Shown here one piece after another: positions 1-12,921 of a stretch of 64,000 nucleotides of DNA. The position numbers and the translations under genes were made by a program. Within the stretch, counting starts at the first letter, position 1. Each line of letters begins with the position of its first letter. Where the stretch lies: the NCBI RefSeq assembly GCF_004010195.1, contig NC_057718.1, forward strand, positions 17,425,257 to 17,489,256. Reading direction: 5' to 3'. This stretch comes from Chiloscyllium plagiosum (taxonomy: Eukaryota). The notes beneath the pieces are model-generated. The model had not been told where the DNA came from, searched no databases, and saw only the letters and a list, made by a program, of their open reading frames with translations.

Positions 1-894
1 CGATAGTCACAGGTGAGGTGCTGGAAGACTGGAGGTTGGCAAACGTGGTGCCACTGTTTAAGAAAGGTGGTAAGGACAAGCCAGGAAACTGTAGACCAGT
101 GAGCCTGACGTCGGTGGTGGGCAAGTTGTTGGAGGGAATCCTGAGGGACAGGATGTACATGTATTTGGAAAGGCAAGGACTGATTCGGGATAGTCAACAT
201 GGCTTTGTGCGTGGGAAATCATGTCTCACAAACTTGATTGAGGTTTTTGATGAAGTAACAAAGAAGATTGATGATCTACTGATCTATATGGACTTCAGTA
301 AGGCGTTCGACAAGGTTCCCCATGGGAGACTGATTAGCACGGTTAGATCTCATGGAATACAGGGGGAACTAGCAATTTGGATACAGAACTGGCTCAAAGG
401 TAGAAGACAGAGGGTTGTGGTCGAGGGTTGTTTTTCAGACTGGAGGCCTGTGACCAGTGGAGTGCCACAAGGATTGGTGCTGCCCCCTCTACTTTTTGTC
501 ATTTACATAAATGATTTGGATGCGAGCATAAGAGGTATAGTTAGTAAGTTTGCAGATGACACCAAAATTGGAGGTATAGTGGACAGCGAAGAGGGTTACC
601 TCAGATTACAACAGGATCTTGACCAGATGGGCCAGTGGGCTGAGAAGTGGCTGATGGAGTTTAATTCAGATAAATGTGAGGTGCTGCATTGTGGGAAAGC
701 AAATCTTAGCAGGGCTTATACACTTAATGGTAAGGTCCTAGGGAATGTTGCTGAACAAAGAGACCTTGGAGTGCAGGTTCATAGCTCCTTCAAAGTGGAA
801 TTGCAAGTAGATAGGATAGTGAAGGCGGCGTTTGGTTCGCTTCCCTTTATTAGTCAGAGTATTGAGTACAGGAGTTGGGAGGTCATGTTGCGGC
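1..894 (+). mobile_element. CR1-clade LINE, reverse transcriptase fragment (young, open frame), 3'-truncated
   Basis: Motifs QHGFVRGKSCLTNL, YMDFSKAFDKVPH, SGVPQG and KFADDTK. Confidence 0.93.
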
Positions 895-950
895 TCTTTC
901 AGAACCCCATTTTGATCCTTTCCAACAGGTTTACACCCAGAACTGAAACG

Positions 951-2436
951 GGGGATCCTGAGGGCCTGTATTACATGTATTTGGAAAGGCAAGGGTTGAC
1001 GAGGGATATCAACACAGCTTTGTACATGGATAATCAGTGTCTCACAAACTTGACTGAGTATTTTTTTGAAGAAGTAACAAAGAGCATTGCGGAGGGCAGA
1101 GCGGAGGGCATGATCTATATGGAGAAAGTGAGGACTGCAGATGCTGGAGATCAGAGTCAAAAGTATGACACTGGAAAAGCATAGCAGGTTAGGCAGCATC
1201 CAAGGAGCAGGAGTCGACTTTTCGATGAAGAGCTTATGCTCTAAATGTCAACTCCAGTGATCTACATGGACTTCACTAAAGTGTTTAACAAGGTTCCACG
1301 TGGTAGACTGGTAAGCAAGTTTAGATCACACGGAATACAGGGAGAACTAGCCATTTGGCTACAAAACTGGCTCAAAGTTAGGTGACAGAGGATGATGGTG
1401 GAGGGTTGCTCTTCAGACTGGAGGCCTGGGACCAGCAGCTTGCTAAAAGGATTGGTATTGTGTCCACTGCTTTTTGTCATATATATATATATAGACGTGA
1501 ACACAGGAGGTATGGCTAGTAAGTTTGCAGATTACACCAAAATTGGTGGTGTAATGGACAGCAAAGAAGGTTACCTCAAGAGTTCAACAGGACCTTGATC
1601 AGATGGGCCAATGGGCCAAGGAGTAGTTGATGGAGTTTAATTTCGATAAATGTGAGATGCTGCATTTTGAAAAGGTAAATCAAGGCAGGATTTATACATT
1701 TAATGATAAGGTCTTGGAGAATACTGCTGAACAAAGACACCATTGTGTGCAGCTTCATGGTTCCTTGAAGGTGGATATACAAGTAGACAGGATAGTGAAG
1801 GCGGCATTGGTATGCTTGCCTTTATTGGTCAGTGCACTGCGTAGACAAGTTGGAAGGTCATGTTGCGGTACTACAGAACATCGGTTGGACTGCTTTTGGA
1901 ATCCGGTCTTCAATTCTTGTCTCCCTGCTATAGGAATGATGCTGTGAAACTTGAAAAGGTTCGGAAAAGATTTACAAGGATGTTGCTAGGATTGGAGGGT
2001 TTGAGACATAAGGAGAGTTTGAATCGGCTGGGGCTTTTTTTTCTTGGAGCATTGGAGGCTGAGAGGTGACCTTATAGAGGTTTATAAAATCATACGGAGC
2101 ATGGATAGGGTGACGAGCCAAGGCCTTTTCCCCAGGGTGGGGGAAGTCCAGAACGAGAGGGCACAGGTTTAGGGTGAGAAGGGAAAAATTTGCTGAGGGG
2201 CAATGTTTTCACACAGAAGGTGGTGCATGTATGGAATAAACTGCCAGAGGAAGTGGTGGTGGCTGGTACAATTACAACATTTAAAAGGCATCTAGATGGG
2301 TGCATGAATAACAAGTGTTTAGAGGAATGTGGTCCAAATGCTGGCAAATGAGACTGGATTAATTTAGACTATCTAGTTGGTATGGACTAGTTGGACTGAA
2401 GGATCTGTTTCCATGCTGCACAGATCTATGACTTTA
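951..2436 (+). mobile_element. Second CR1 LINE copy (RT to 3' tail), frameshifted and interrupted by a PLE-derived insert
   Basis: Restarts the same RT sequence as 135-890 and continues to the CR1 3' UTR ending ctatgact. Confidence 0.9.
1124..1257 (-). mobile_element. Short PLE family A terminal-repeat insert within CR1
   Basis: Shares gactgcagatgctgga...ctggaaaagca.agcagg..aggcagcatcc with the PLE ends at 15938 and 59100. Flanked by TGATCTATATGGA (1111-1123) and TGATCTACATGGA (1258-1270). Confidence 0.85.
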
Positions 2437-2637
2437 TTCCTAATCAAAATCACACATTCACACAACAATCAAACATAAGACAGAGTTTGGCTTCTCAATT
2501 CTTTTCCAATGCCTCTCCTCTGTTATCTAGCTGGGTGGGTCAGTCACTGTCTGGTTTCATTCTGATCTATACAGTCACAACCAAACAAATCGCCCCCATC
2601 ACTTTTATCCTGCTCCTACATTATGATGTCTTGATTC

Positions 2638-3081
2638 TGGATGTAGGTTTGCTCGCTGAACTGGAAGGTTCATTTTTCAAACATTTCGTCATACTAGGTA
2701 GCATCTTTAGTGAGCCTCCGGACGAAGCGTTGCTGATGATTCCTGCTATCTATTTATATGTTTGGATTCATTTGGGTTAGTGATGTCATTTCTGGTGATG
2801 ATGTCATGTCCTGTTCTTTTTCACAGGGGGTGGTAAATTGGGTCCAAGTCAACGCGTTTGTTGAGAGAGTTCCGGTTGGAATGTCATGCTTCTAGGAATT
2901 CTCGTGGTATCTCTGTTAGGCTTTGCAGGAATCATCAGCAATGATTCAGTCTGCAGGCTCACTGAAGATGTTACCTAGTATGGTGATGAAACGTCTGAAA
3001 ATGAGCCTTCCAGTTCAGTGAGCAAACCTACATCCAGAACTTCAAACTGAGCTACACATCATCTTCTCAAAACTCGCTTAC
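2638..3081. mobile_element. PLE family B fold-back element
   Basis: Inverted arms ~2635-2747 and ~2925-3040. The spacer reads REFLEA*HSNRNSLNKRVDLDPIYHPL on the minus strand, like a PLE ORF C-terminus. TSD GTCTTGATTC at 2628-2637 and 3082-3091. Confidence 0.85.
2955..3008 (+). ncRNA. Minimal type I hammerhead ribozyme motif
   Basis: AGGCUCA-CUGAAGA-U-GUUACC(UAGUAU)GGUGAU-GAAAC-GUC-UGAAAA-UGAGCCU. Core, stem II and a distal stem I are all visible. Confidence 0.75.
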
Positions 3082-3299
3082 GTCTTGATTCCCCAAAGAC
3101 TACCTTGGTTTCTTGAAAGAACAAAGTGATCTGCAGCCCTCATCACAAAGTCTGCTTATTTGATACAAACTCCATTCCTCTTCCTGGGTACATTCTGAGC
3201 TGTGGGCTGCATGGCAAGTTGAAAGACTGGTGAATTTTATCTAGTAGTACATCCCTTCAGTTTTTTTGCAACAAGCAAGTTACTGACTATACACACCAG

Positions 3300-3800
3300 T
3301 GAGGCTCAAAAAACCTGTCACACAATGTCTAATATTAGATAGGATTCTGGAATTGGACACATTTGTTGGATAATCCTAAGTGTGCAAGGCATTAAGCTGA
3401 AAACCAATTCAAGACCATCAGTCTGACTGGCTGCATATATGATTTATGCACAGGGCCCTGTTTGTTTTGGCAGAAATAATGTGTACACACACTGTACCTG
3501 TTTCACTTTAACAAAATAGGTGACAGTCATTGCCCTGTCAGGAAATGCCCTGACCAGAGTCAACTTGCCTTGTTTAAAATCTGAACAGAGCTTACTATTA
3601 ACTGCCATTCAGCATTAATAGATTCAGTCTCCATAGCAATGCCTCTATCAGAGCCCACTTGCCACAGAATCTCTTCTCAAGCAGTATGAATGTTTACTCG
3701 CGCCTCAAATTTGTACTTGTGAAAGGTCCTCAAGAACGCAAGATGAAGCTTCAACAAAACGTGTATTTTCTAAACTCTCCTGGTATGTTCAAGTGTTTCT
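3300..3800 (+). mobile_element. Ancient PLE family C 3' end
   Basis: Decayed translation DSGIG-HLLDNPKCARH*AENQFKTIS...QGPV resembles the C-terminal part of a PLE endonuclease. Homologous to 26810-27530. Confidence 0.65.
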
Positions 3801-4856
3801 AAAAAGAATTGCATATGGACAATGACAGTACTAGTACCGTATCTTCTAAATGACAAACAAAAGTGGATGTGACATCGGACTACAGGAAGTTGTGTTGAAC
3901 TCATGACAGGACAAGATTGAGATCTTCAGTGGTTAGTGAAGTATTGCAAATATTGTTCAGTTCTGTTTGCTTTCTATATTTCCAATAAAACTGTACAATA
4001 GGTGAAGTGCTGACAGTGGTGATAAACTACTGGCAGCTCAGATACACAACAGAAAATTTAATAAGATAAAATGTAAACTCTGATGGACATTGGAGTCATC
4101 ATTTTATTCTCAATAGACAATGTTCACAGGATTCTCTGATATCTAGCCACATGTAGTTCAATGTGATTTTTTTTCTTTCATTAAAGTAGTTTGAATCTTA
4201 TTTTGTTCGTTTTTCTAAAAAGCCATAAAATAGACTGACAAACATTGACCAGACTAATGGTTAGAAATGAAACACTAATTATGTCCAAGAATATAAATAT
4301 TTCTATATTTCTAGCTCATTTTCATTCTTGCGATAAATGAATCATGGTTTTCAACAATCACATATCCACAACTCAGTAAGAAATTATGGGAGTGAATCTT
4401 ACTCCAGCAGCGTGGAAAAAAAAAAAACAAGCTAATAGTTTTAGTGTTCGAATACTGGATTGGTTTCCAGTGGGATATTTGTATAAGATAGATTTGGAAC
4501 GGCAATCTCTCATTCTAACTAATCAATTCTAACGTGTCAGGCTAGCAAACAGGTCATGTAAAAAGAGACCAGAGTTAGAGAAACAATTCAGAATGTGAAC
4601 ATGCTTCACATAAAAGCAATAAAAATAATCTTTCTCAATTGCCTGTTGGCACAAAAGCGGTGAAGGCTCATTTATCACAAACCTATTCAGGAGGAATTTA
4701 TTACTCCTAAATAGAGGAGGAAAGTTATTGGTCTAATCTGATAATACATGGAATTACATGTGCCAATGCTTTAATCTTCATGATTGGGAAGGTGTTTATC
4801 ATGGAACCTTCCAGGCTGTATATGAAAAATGTCTACATAGATTCCATGCAGTCAGA

Positions 4857-5436
4857 ACATCACAGTCAAGAAAGCACAACAACATCTCTACTTCCTCAGG
4901 AGGCTAAGGAAATTCGGCATGTCCACAAAGACTCTTATCCATTTTTATAGATGTACCATAGAAAGCATCTTAACTGGATGCATCACTGTGTGGTATGGCA
5001 GCTATTCTTCTCAAGAGCACAAGAAATTACACAGAGTCGTGAACATAGCCCAGTGCATCTCACAAACCAGTCTTTCATTCACTGACTCCATCTATGCTTC
5101 CCTGTGCCTCTGGAAAACAGCCAACATAATCAAAGACCCCTCCCACCTTGGTTATACACTCTTCCACCCTCTTCCATCAGTCAGACGATATAAAAGCTTG
5201 AATACATGTACGAACATATTAAAGAGCAGTTTCTTTTCCACTGGTTATCAGACTTTTGAATGGACCTCTCAAATGTTAACGTTGATCTGCCTCTCTGCAT
5301 CTTCTCTACATCTATAACACCGTATTTTACACTGTTCTGTGACCGTGATACTCCTCGTATGAAACCATCTGTCTCTATAGCATGCAAAACAATACTTTCC
5401 ACTGTATCTCGGTGTATGTAACAACAATAAATCAAA
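4857..5436 (+). mobile_element. Rex1/Babar-type LINE 3' fragment
   Basis: KKAQQHLYFLRRLRKFGMSTKTL..FYRCTIESILTGCITVWYG. Ends ctttccactgtatctcggtg...acaataaatcaaa. Confidence 0.8.
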
Positions 5437-5489
5437 CTCCAATGTTCAAGGCCATTCCAGAGAATTAACATAATCACGGCTATTATTGA

Positions 5490-5600
5490 GTGTAGGATGG
5501 AGAATGCAGTATTATCAAATTGATTATGTTTTGGCTAAAATACTAAACCAAGGTCCTCCCTACCTGCTAGTGGACAGAAAGGATTCCATGACACTTTTTA
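5490..5600 (+). mobile_element. Possible DeuSINE-like central-domain relic
   Basis: taaaccaaggtcctccctacctgctagtggacagaaaggattccatgacac resembles the Deu domain as recalled. Highly diverged. Confidence 0.35.
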
Positions 5601-6133
5601 GCCACCAGCATTTTAAAAGGGATGATTGATTATGATAGAATTTGGAACATTGAGGAAGTGATAAGATTTTATAATTAACAGTTCTCTCTTTCTGAAAGAA
5701 TATTCTCGTCCTGTTTCCTGTATCTCAAGTTGCCGATAATGACAGATATTGCTTTGATTTAAGGTTTATCCATTGAAGTAAGTTAACTGAAAATTGACTT
5801 TTTCAGACTTGCAGTTCTGAAATTCCATCAGTTCAAACCTGAAAAATCAAAAAACATACATGCAAAAGGAACTTAGTTGCATGGATTTTAAGGGCCTCTG
5901 TTTGGTAGGATTTGGTCTACACATTGCCTTGGAATCTCATACTGAACATCCTTGCTTTGTAATACAGCTATTCTTTACTGTAAGGCAACAGCTTATATAT
6001 TATGACCAAGAAAGGTTACTGAAATAGTTCAATTTTCTCCATATTTAATTATAATGCATTAAACAATAATTAATTTACATTTGTTTCATAAATGAGTGTT
6101 AATTTTACTATGTTTACAGCAATGATTTACAAA

Positions 6134-6496
6134 TAATGTCCTGTACAGCCGCAACATGACCTCCCAACTCCTGTACTCAATACTCTGACCAATAAAGGGA
6201 AGCAAACCAAACGCCTTCTTCACTATCCTATCTACCTGCGACTCCACTTTCAAGGAGCTATGAGCTTGCACTCCAAAGTCTCTATGTTCAGCAACACTCC
6301 CTAGGAGCTTACCATTAAGTGTATAAGTCCTGCTAAGATTTGCTTTCCCAAAATGCAGCACCTCGCATATATCTGAATTAAACTCCATCTGCCACTTCTC
6401 AGCCCATTGGCACATCTGGTCCTGTTGTAATCTGAGGTAACCCTCTTTGCTGTCCACTTCGCCTCCAATTTTGGTGTCATCTGCAAACTTACTAGC
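6134..6496 (-). mobile_element. CR1 RT fragment, same subfamily as 1-894
   Basis: Reverse complement of ~540-895 (KFADDTK...YRSWEVMLRLYRTL). Confidence 0.9.
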
Positions 6497-6889
6497 TGAA
6501 CAAATATTAGTGACAAGTTCATGAGATCCTCTTTATTTCTTCAAAGATGGGGAGGGCAAGTTTATAAGAAGTTGCCTCATAGTAGAGCAGAGAAGTTGGG
6601 GTTTGTGTTTGTATTCCAAGATAAATCATTAAACCAGTTATTGAAAATAACTATTTCTGTTTTGGGTAGCTGGTAGGGGATATAGTAGGGAAACAGGATG
6701 GACAAGTACATCAAAGATGGAAAGTAAGTGTGATTGAGCAGATTGGTAGCTGCAGAAATGTGGGACTGACAGAGGAGAGGCTGAATAGTTTGGAATTTGG
6801 AATATCATTTGGCGAATAACTTATAATTTTCACTGCTACAACTTGGACCTCTAAATCTGAACTAGGCAATGAAAGTTAGGCTGGCACGG

Positions 6890-7255
6890 GGGTAGCAAGT
6901 CCCAGGCTAGGCTATTGCAGGGGTGGCACAGGAAAAGTGCGTTCTAGATTAGAGGTGCAGCCCTTGGGGTCTGGAAGCGAGGCTTGAAGCCTAGTGTGAT
7001 CAGGAGACTTGGCTGAGGTGGTCTGAGGGCTTGGGGCTGGCACAGATTTGGTGAAAAGACTTTTTTTTAAAAAAACTCTTCATTCTTATGCTGAACTTTT
7101 ATTTATAATTCTTTCTTTCAAGTCTGTGATACATACTTAAGTATCTGTACCTATTACCATGTATGTAAGGTGGCACCAAAGCAATGAGACATTGCAAACT
7201 TTTCACTGCATTCATTAGAGTGCATGTGACAATAAAGCTAATTTTAATTTTAAAA
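6890..7255 (+). mobile_element. Non-coding element with a Rex1/Babar-like 3' tail (5' boundary uncertain)
   Basis: tggcacc...cttttcactg...gtgacaataaa shared with 59940-60050 and with 13964-14130 on the minus strand. Confidence 0.55.
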
Positions 7256-7707
7256 AAATTAGCGATCTCATCAGCCGCAACATACTGGGATCCAGTAAAG
7301 TTCAACTGAAGTTTTCAATCGTGGAGAAATTATTCCTGATTGCAGGTCATCAGCATTTGTTATCCTTCTGCTTTGTAGAACAATGAAATCCTTACCTTGT
7401 AGCACAAATTGAAAACCACCTAGTGCATCTAGTAAACCACTATTTGGAACAGCATTGTGTTTCTTAGTGGAGTAGTCACCTGTGATCTTCATTGATACCC
7501 ATGTAGCATAACATATACAAATTACACTAGATTAGATTAGATTCCCTACAATGTGGAAATAATTGGCTGCAGTAATTTCATACTTCAGAACTCAATGAAT
7601 AAAAGCAAGTGAAAGGAATGATTTATTAAAATGGTGGCTTGAATTATAATCTATGCATAATCAAAGACTCAAGTAATTTAAACGTTGATTCTATTTTTGT
7701 TTTCTAG

Positions 7708-7824
7708 CTGAATGGTAACATTAACCTGGATCTTTCTGATGATGAGGAGCTACGAGATCAGTTGGACATGCATTCTATTATCGTTTCTTGTATAAATGAT
7801 GAGCCACTCTTCACAGCTGAACAG
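7708..7824 (+). CDS. FEZ2: FEZ2 internal coding exon (117 nt), LNGNINLDLSDDEELRDQLDMHSIIVSCINDEPLFTAEQ
   Basis: Acceptor tttttgttttctag and donor CAG|gtgact. The translation matches the FEZ2 motif SDDEELREQLDMHSIIVSC.NDEPLFTA.Q as I recall it. Not in the ORF track. Confidence 0.95.
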
Positions 7825-9697
7825 GTGACTTCAATTTGAGTGTTCAAATTATAAAATAAAGCTGGACTCAATATAAAACAATCTGTTCTAAACTAAACAT
7901 TAAATAGATTACCTAAAATAATTGTTCAAGTAAAGTTATGCAAACTAATTGTAGCTTCTTTCCTGTCATCCCAAAGAGTTATGTCAGTTAAAAGTCGAGC
8001 CAGATTAAATTTAATCAACTGAATATGACATGTCCCACAGAATAGAATTCTGTCCTGACAGTTAAATAACCAAGCTAGATTAATTTTCAAATCCTGGATT
8101 GAGCCTTTGAGCCACAGCACTCCAGCCCCATTGTTTAATGAGAGATCAAAGAAATGCAGGTCTGAGAGCATGGGTGGAATCTTCCTCTCCATTTAAGAGG
8201 TAGGCTAGGTATTGAGAAGGATAAATAATAGGGCAAGTTGACACTGGAGAGACACCTGCCCCTACTTTCCCATCACTTCTAATCAAGTTCTGGGGGAATG
8301 TCGATGAGCCACATTTTCAACCACCACTAATTAAGTCCTTCAAGTAGTAAATCAATGACCATTTAAAAGCCTCAAGACAACCTGATTCCTTCCTGCTAGG
8401 AGTGCAAGTAAAAGTATTGCTTTCCAAATAGGGAATTCAGGATGGTCTGCCTGCCAGCCAGGTTTGGAGTTGGGATTTCCATTTGCTTCAATTTATGACC
8501 AATTGAGAGTATGTATAATGGTTAGAGGTTTGACCAATGCAAGCCTTCCCCACTTCTGAATACTCCCATGATTCTCCCAAAACACACTTGCTACTTGTTA
8601 GTATCCTGGACCTCTGACAAATCTCTCCACTCCTCAAGGCACGACTTCATTGAAGAAACACCTGATGAACTGAAGTCTGCTGGACTTTCTTGCTGCTGTG
8701 TGGGTGGGAGTGTGGGAAAGAAGAGTGGATTTATCATTAGTGTGAAATTGCTTGGGACTGTGGATCATATTTGCGATGGGACGAGTTGGATACTACAGAA
8801 GGTGGGGAGGTTGGATGAAAAATGATAGGTGAAAAGATTCTCATTGAACCTCACAGAAACACTGCTGTAAATGTACTTTACTTCATGGATTAAGCCCATC
8901 TCACTCCTTACCCAAGCCAAAATCCCCAATCTTTAGGAAATGCATTTCCATGCATTCAAAAGAAATTAAATGAAAAGCATGGGAAATAGGAGTATGCTGC
9001 TCAACCTGTTGCGCTGCTGTGGCATTCAAGCAGATCATGGTTAATCATCTACATCCACAGCATTTATATCCCATTGTCCCACTATCCATTCATTTTAGAA
9101 ATATATCAGTTTCCATGTTGCACATGCTGAATGACTGAGATCATATCCACCTGGGGGTAAAGAATTCCAAAAGTTTAGCATTGTCTCTGTGAAGTTCCTC
9201 TCCAACCAGAACAAATCTTCAGGCAAAAAGGTTCTCACTTAGCTTTGCCAGATTATTCCAGCTGGACGTCCAGTGCAGGGTTCATCAAAATCGGTGTAGT
9301 CCAGCAGCAGCATTGGAGTGAATTGTTACACAAACCGTGTCCGTTTTTTCTTTATAGCAATAACTACCGTATTTTAGTAGATAAAAGACAAGCTGTTGTT
9401 TTTATAAATTGAAAATGATTAACCAACTTCGAAAGAATGGATTGATTGCCTCCCCTGAAGCAGCTCTGCTAATTCAGAAGTAAATGGTTTGCGGTCAATT
9501 TTGAGATTTAGAAAGATTTCAAATCTTTCTTGTCACTAACCAATCCATTCTTGCGGATTAAAATTGCTCTCTCTGACTCTGACCGGAAATAGGCATAGGA
9601 ATATTTGAAGTGTTATCAATTGAGTCAAGCTGATTGTTCCTCTTTGAATATTATGATAGGATTCTCATATCCATGAGTCAGACATTGAGCCTTAATT

Positions 9698-9733
9698 TAA
9701 TGGCATCTCTTAAAATAATGGCATCTCTTAAAA
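9698..9733. repeat. 18-bp perfect tandem duplication TAATGGCATCTCTTAAAA x2
   Basis: Read directly from the sequence. Confidence 0.9.
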
Positions 9734-10309
9734 TGTAACAATTCCTTAGTGCTGCTGTGCACAAGAGGAATTTAAATCTTTCTCATCTCTCAGTCAATTG
9801 AGAGCTTCTTACAGAACTAGACAGAGTATAAATGCAACAAAATCTTAGTATTTTCTCAAGTCACTTTTAACATGAAATTCTGTTTCATCTTCTAAATTCA
9901 ATTACATATTCTTGCTCATTATGCAAAAACAGACTTCTAAAACTGGCTCTGAAATTTCCCAGCTTTTTCTTCTGGATGTGGGGTAGTGGGAATAGAGAGC
10001 CCTATTTCTTTCTTTGCTACCATTATACAATTAGTATCATACTTTAACAGCTTAAACTTTAATAATCAGAATAAATTCTGCAAAAGTGTTTTTATATTTC
10101 AAGAAGGCTGGCTTGGATCCAAATAAATTGTGCTTTTCCTTTTAAGGTCTTTGCCAGTTTGCACATAGAAGTTGCTCCTCCTTGTTGTCCAAAAAAGGCT
10201 CAAGATAAGAATATAAAAACACTTCTATGTTCAATTGTCATTTGCCTGCCTGAAAACAGTTACAGCTGCATACTAGTCAAGTACGCAACTGACCAAACAG
10301 GCACAGACA

Positions 10310-10435
10310 TGCCTTCTGTGGACTGCAGTGACTCTAGAAAGCAGCTCACCACAACCTTCTCAAGAGCAACTAGTGATGGGTAATAAATGCTGGCCAGCCA
10401 GTGATGCCCATGTTCCAAGAGTGAATTAAAAAAAC
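10310..10435 (+). mobile_element. 3' tail of an older CR1/L2-group LINE family
   Basis: gcagctcaccacaaccttctcaagagcaactagtgatgggtaataaatgctggcc. The same tail occurs reversed at ~21025, 28984, 39700, 41945 and 56420. Confidence 0.65.
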
Positions 10436-10744
10436 AATTTAAAAGGCCTCCAAAAATAGCTCTTGGATTTTGTCCTGGAAAAGTCTAGAATTTGTTTTGT
10501 ATTTGGTTTGCAGCTAACTGCATGCTACTAGTCTCCCTATTAATGTAACATGAACGTATCTTTACACCATTTAGCTTTCTTTAGCTCGTTGATATTGTAA
10601 ACTCTTGAAGCTGTGAATGTGTGTGATTTGACATGGAGAAATCCATAAGTAACTTAGTATAAGTATGAAAGACTCATTTAATGGAAGAATTGCTACATTA
10701 AGTATATTACTGTTGCTTTTACTGTTAACTTGCTTCCTGTTAGT

Positions 10745-12695
10745 GATGGTTGAATAAAGATATTGAGGTTCTAGTCAAGAATAAAAGAGAATCTTATTTT
10801 AGATATAAGCAATGGTTCAATTCAATCTCTTAATCAATATAAAGTGTGGAGATGCATTCTTAAGAGAGGAATAAGGAAGGCAAAGAGAGGATATGATATA
10901 ACAGCATTGACAGATAAGGTTAAGGATAATCCAAAGAGATTCCACAAATACATTAAGAGCAACAGTGGGTAGGGCCTCTTAAAGATTAAGAAAGTTGTCT
11001 TCATGTTGAACCTCAGGAGATGTGAGGCACACTAAATGAATACTTTGCATCAATTTTTACTGTGGAGAAAGAAATTGAGTTTAGAGAACAAGAAAAATAA
11101 ACTTTGATGTTTTAAAAACAGTTCACATTACAGAAAAGGAAGTTCAGGAGGTTTTGGAGAATATAAAGGTCGATAAACCTCCAGAACCTGATCTAATGTA
11201 TCCCAGAATGTTGTGGGAAATAAGAGAGGAAATTACGAGACCTCTTGCAGAAATACTTGCATCATATCTATCTACAGGTGAGCTGTCAGATGACTTGAGC
11301 ATGGCTCATGTTGTACCTTTGTTTCAGAAAGTTTGTAAGGAGAAACCGGAGAGCTATAGATCTGCGAATCTGATTTCTGTTGTGGATAAATAGGATTAAT
11401 GGACATTTAGAGAGGCAAAATTTGATTTAGGGTAGTCTGCACAGTTTTGTACAAGGAAAATCATGTGTCTCAAATTTGATTGAGTTATTTTGAGGAAGTT
11501 GTTAAAAAGATTGGCAGAGAGGTAGATATTGTTTATTTGGATTTTAGTAAAGTCTTTAACACGGTTCTGCATGGTGGACTAATTAGTAAAGTTAAGTCAC
11601 ATGGGATTCCGGGTGAGCTTGCCAATTGGGTACGTAATTGGCTTAAATGGCAGAAGATAGAGAGTAATGGTGAAAGGTTGCTTTTCAGACTGGAGGCCCG
11701 TGGTGTACCTCCGGGATTGGTTCTGGATCCTCTTTTGTTTATCATTTATATAAATAATTTGGATAGGAATTTAGAAGGCATTGTTTGTAAGTTTGCGGAC
11801 GACACCAAAATTGGTGGCATTGTAGACACTGAAGAAGGTTTTCTAAGATTACAAAGAGATCTTAATCAAATGGGTCAGTGGGCTGAAAAATGGCAGATGG
11901 AGTTCAATCTGGATAAATGTGAGGTATTGCATCTTGATATTACAAGCAAGGCTAAGGCTTAAGCTTATACAGTTAATGGTAGGGCCTTGGGTAGTATTCT
12001 AGAACAGAGGAACCTAGGGGTGCAGGTACATAATTTTTTGAAGTTTGCGTCACATAGACAGGGTGGTTAAAAAGGCGTTTAGCATGCTTGCCTCATTGTT
12101 CAGTCCTTTGAGTAAAGGAGTTGGGAAGTCATGTTCAGGTTACAGGACATTGGTGAGATCTCTTCTGGAATACTGTGTCCAGTTTTGGTCGGCTGGTTAC
12201 AGGAAGGATATGATCAAGCAGTAGAGGGTTCAGAGGGATTTACCAGGTCGTCGCAAACTATGGAATGTTTGAGTTATAAAAGGCTGGATAGGCTGGGACT
12301 TTTTTCCACCGGAGTGTAGGATGTTGAGAAGTAATCTGATAAAAGTTTATAAAATAATGAGAGGTATAGATAGAATTGATGTTAGTTGCCTTTTGCCTAG
12401 GATGAGGAATTTCAAGATCAGGAGACACATTTTTAAGCTGAGAGGAGAGAGATTTAAAAAAGACAAGTTTTTTTTTCCCCAGAGGGTGATTCGCATCTCA
12501 AATGAACTTCCTAAGAAAGCGTGGGTGTGGGTACAATTGCAGTGTTTAAATGACATTTGGATAGATACACGAATAAGTGGGGTTTGGAGGGATATGGGCC
12601 AGGAGCATACAGGTGGGATTAGTTTGGGATTACGTCTGGCACTGAGTGTTTGGACCGAAGGGTCTATTTCTGTGCTGTATGACTCTATGACTATA
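10745..12695 (+). mobile_element. Decayed CR1 LINE (~1.95 kb, ORF2 middle to 3' tail)
   Basis: YLDFSKVF, GVPPG and KFADDTK with stops and frameshifts. Tail ctatgactata ends ~80 nt before the FEZ2 exon at 12777. Confidence 0.9.
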
Positions 12696-12776
12696 ACAGC
12701 TATTGGAAACCAATGGCAGTATGTGTGTGTATGCATAATAATGGCTGCAATAAAGCTTCCTTCATGTTTCTTTGAG

Positions 12777-12921
12777 GTCATCGAGGAAATAGAGGAAATG
12801 ATGCAAGAATCTCCTGACCCTGAAGAAGATGACACACCCACACAGTCTGACCGACTTTCCATACTATCCCAGGAAATCCAGACACTCAAAAGATCCAACA
12901 CCAGCAATAGTTATGAAGAAC
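12777..12921 (+). CDS. FEZ2: FEZ2 coding exon (145 nt), VIEEIEEMMQESPDPEEDDTPTQSDRLSILSQEIQTLKRSNTSNSYEE(R)
   Basis: Acceptor tttctttgag and donor C|gtaagc. Continues the frame of the previous exon. Confidence 0.95.

Noticed and set aside
18..1184. 388-aa ORF as a gene
   Set aside because: It is a chance in-frame chimera of one CR1 RT, a ~55-bp spacer, a second CR1 copy and a PLE tail.
8140..8830. Possible non-autonomous DNA transposon, also ~45780-46070
   Set aside because: It looks repeat-like, but I could not define terminal inverted repeats or a TSD.
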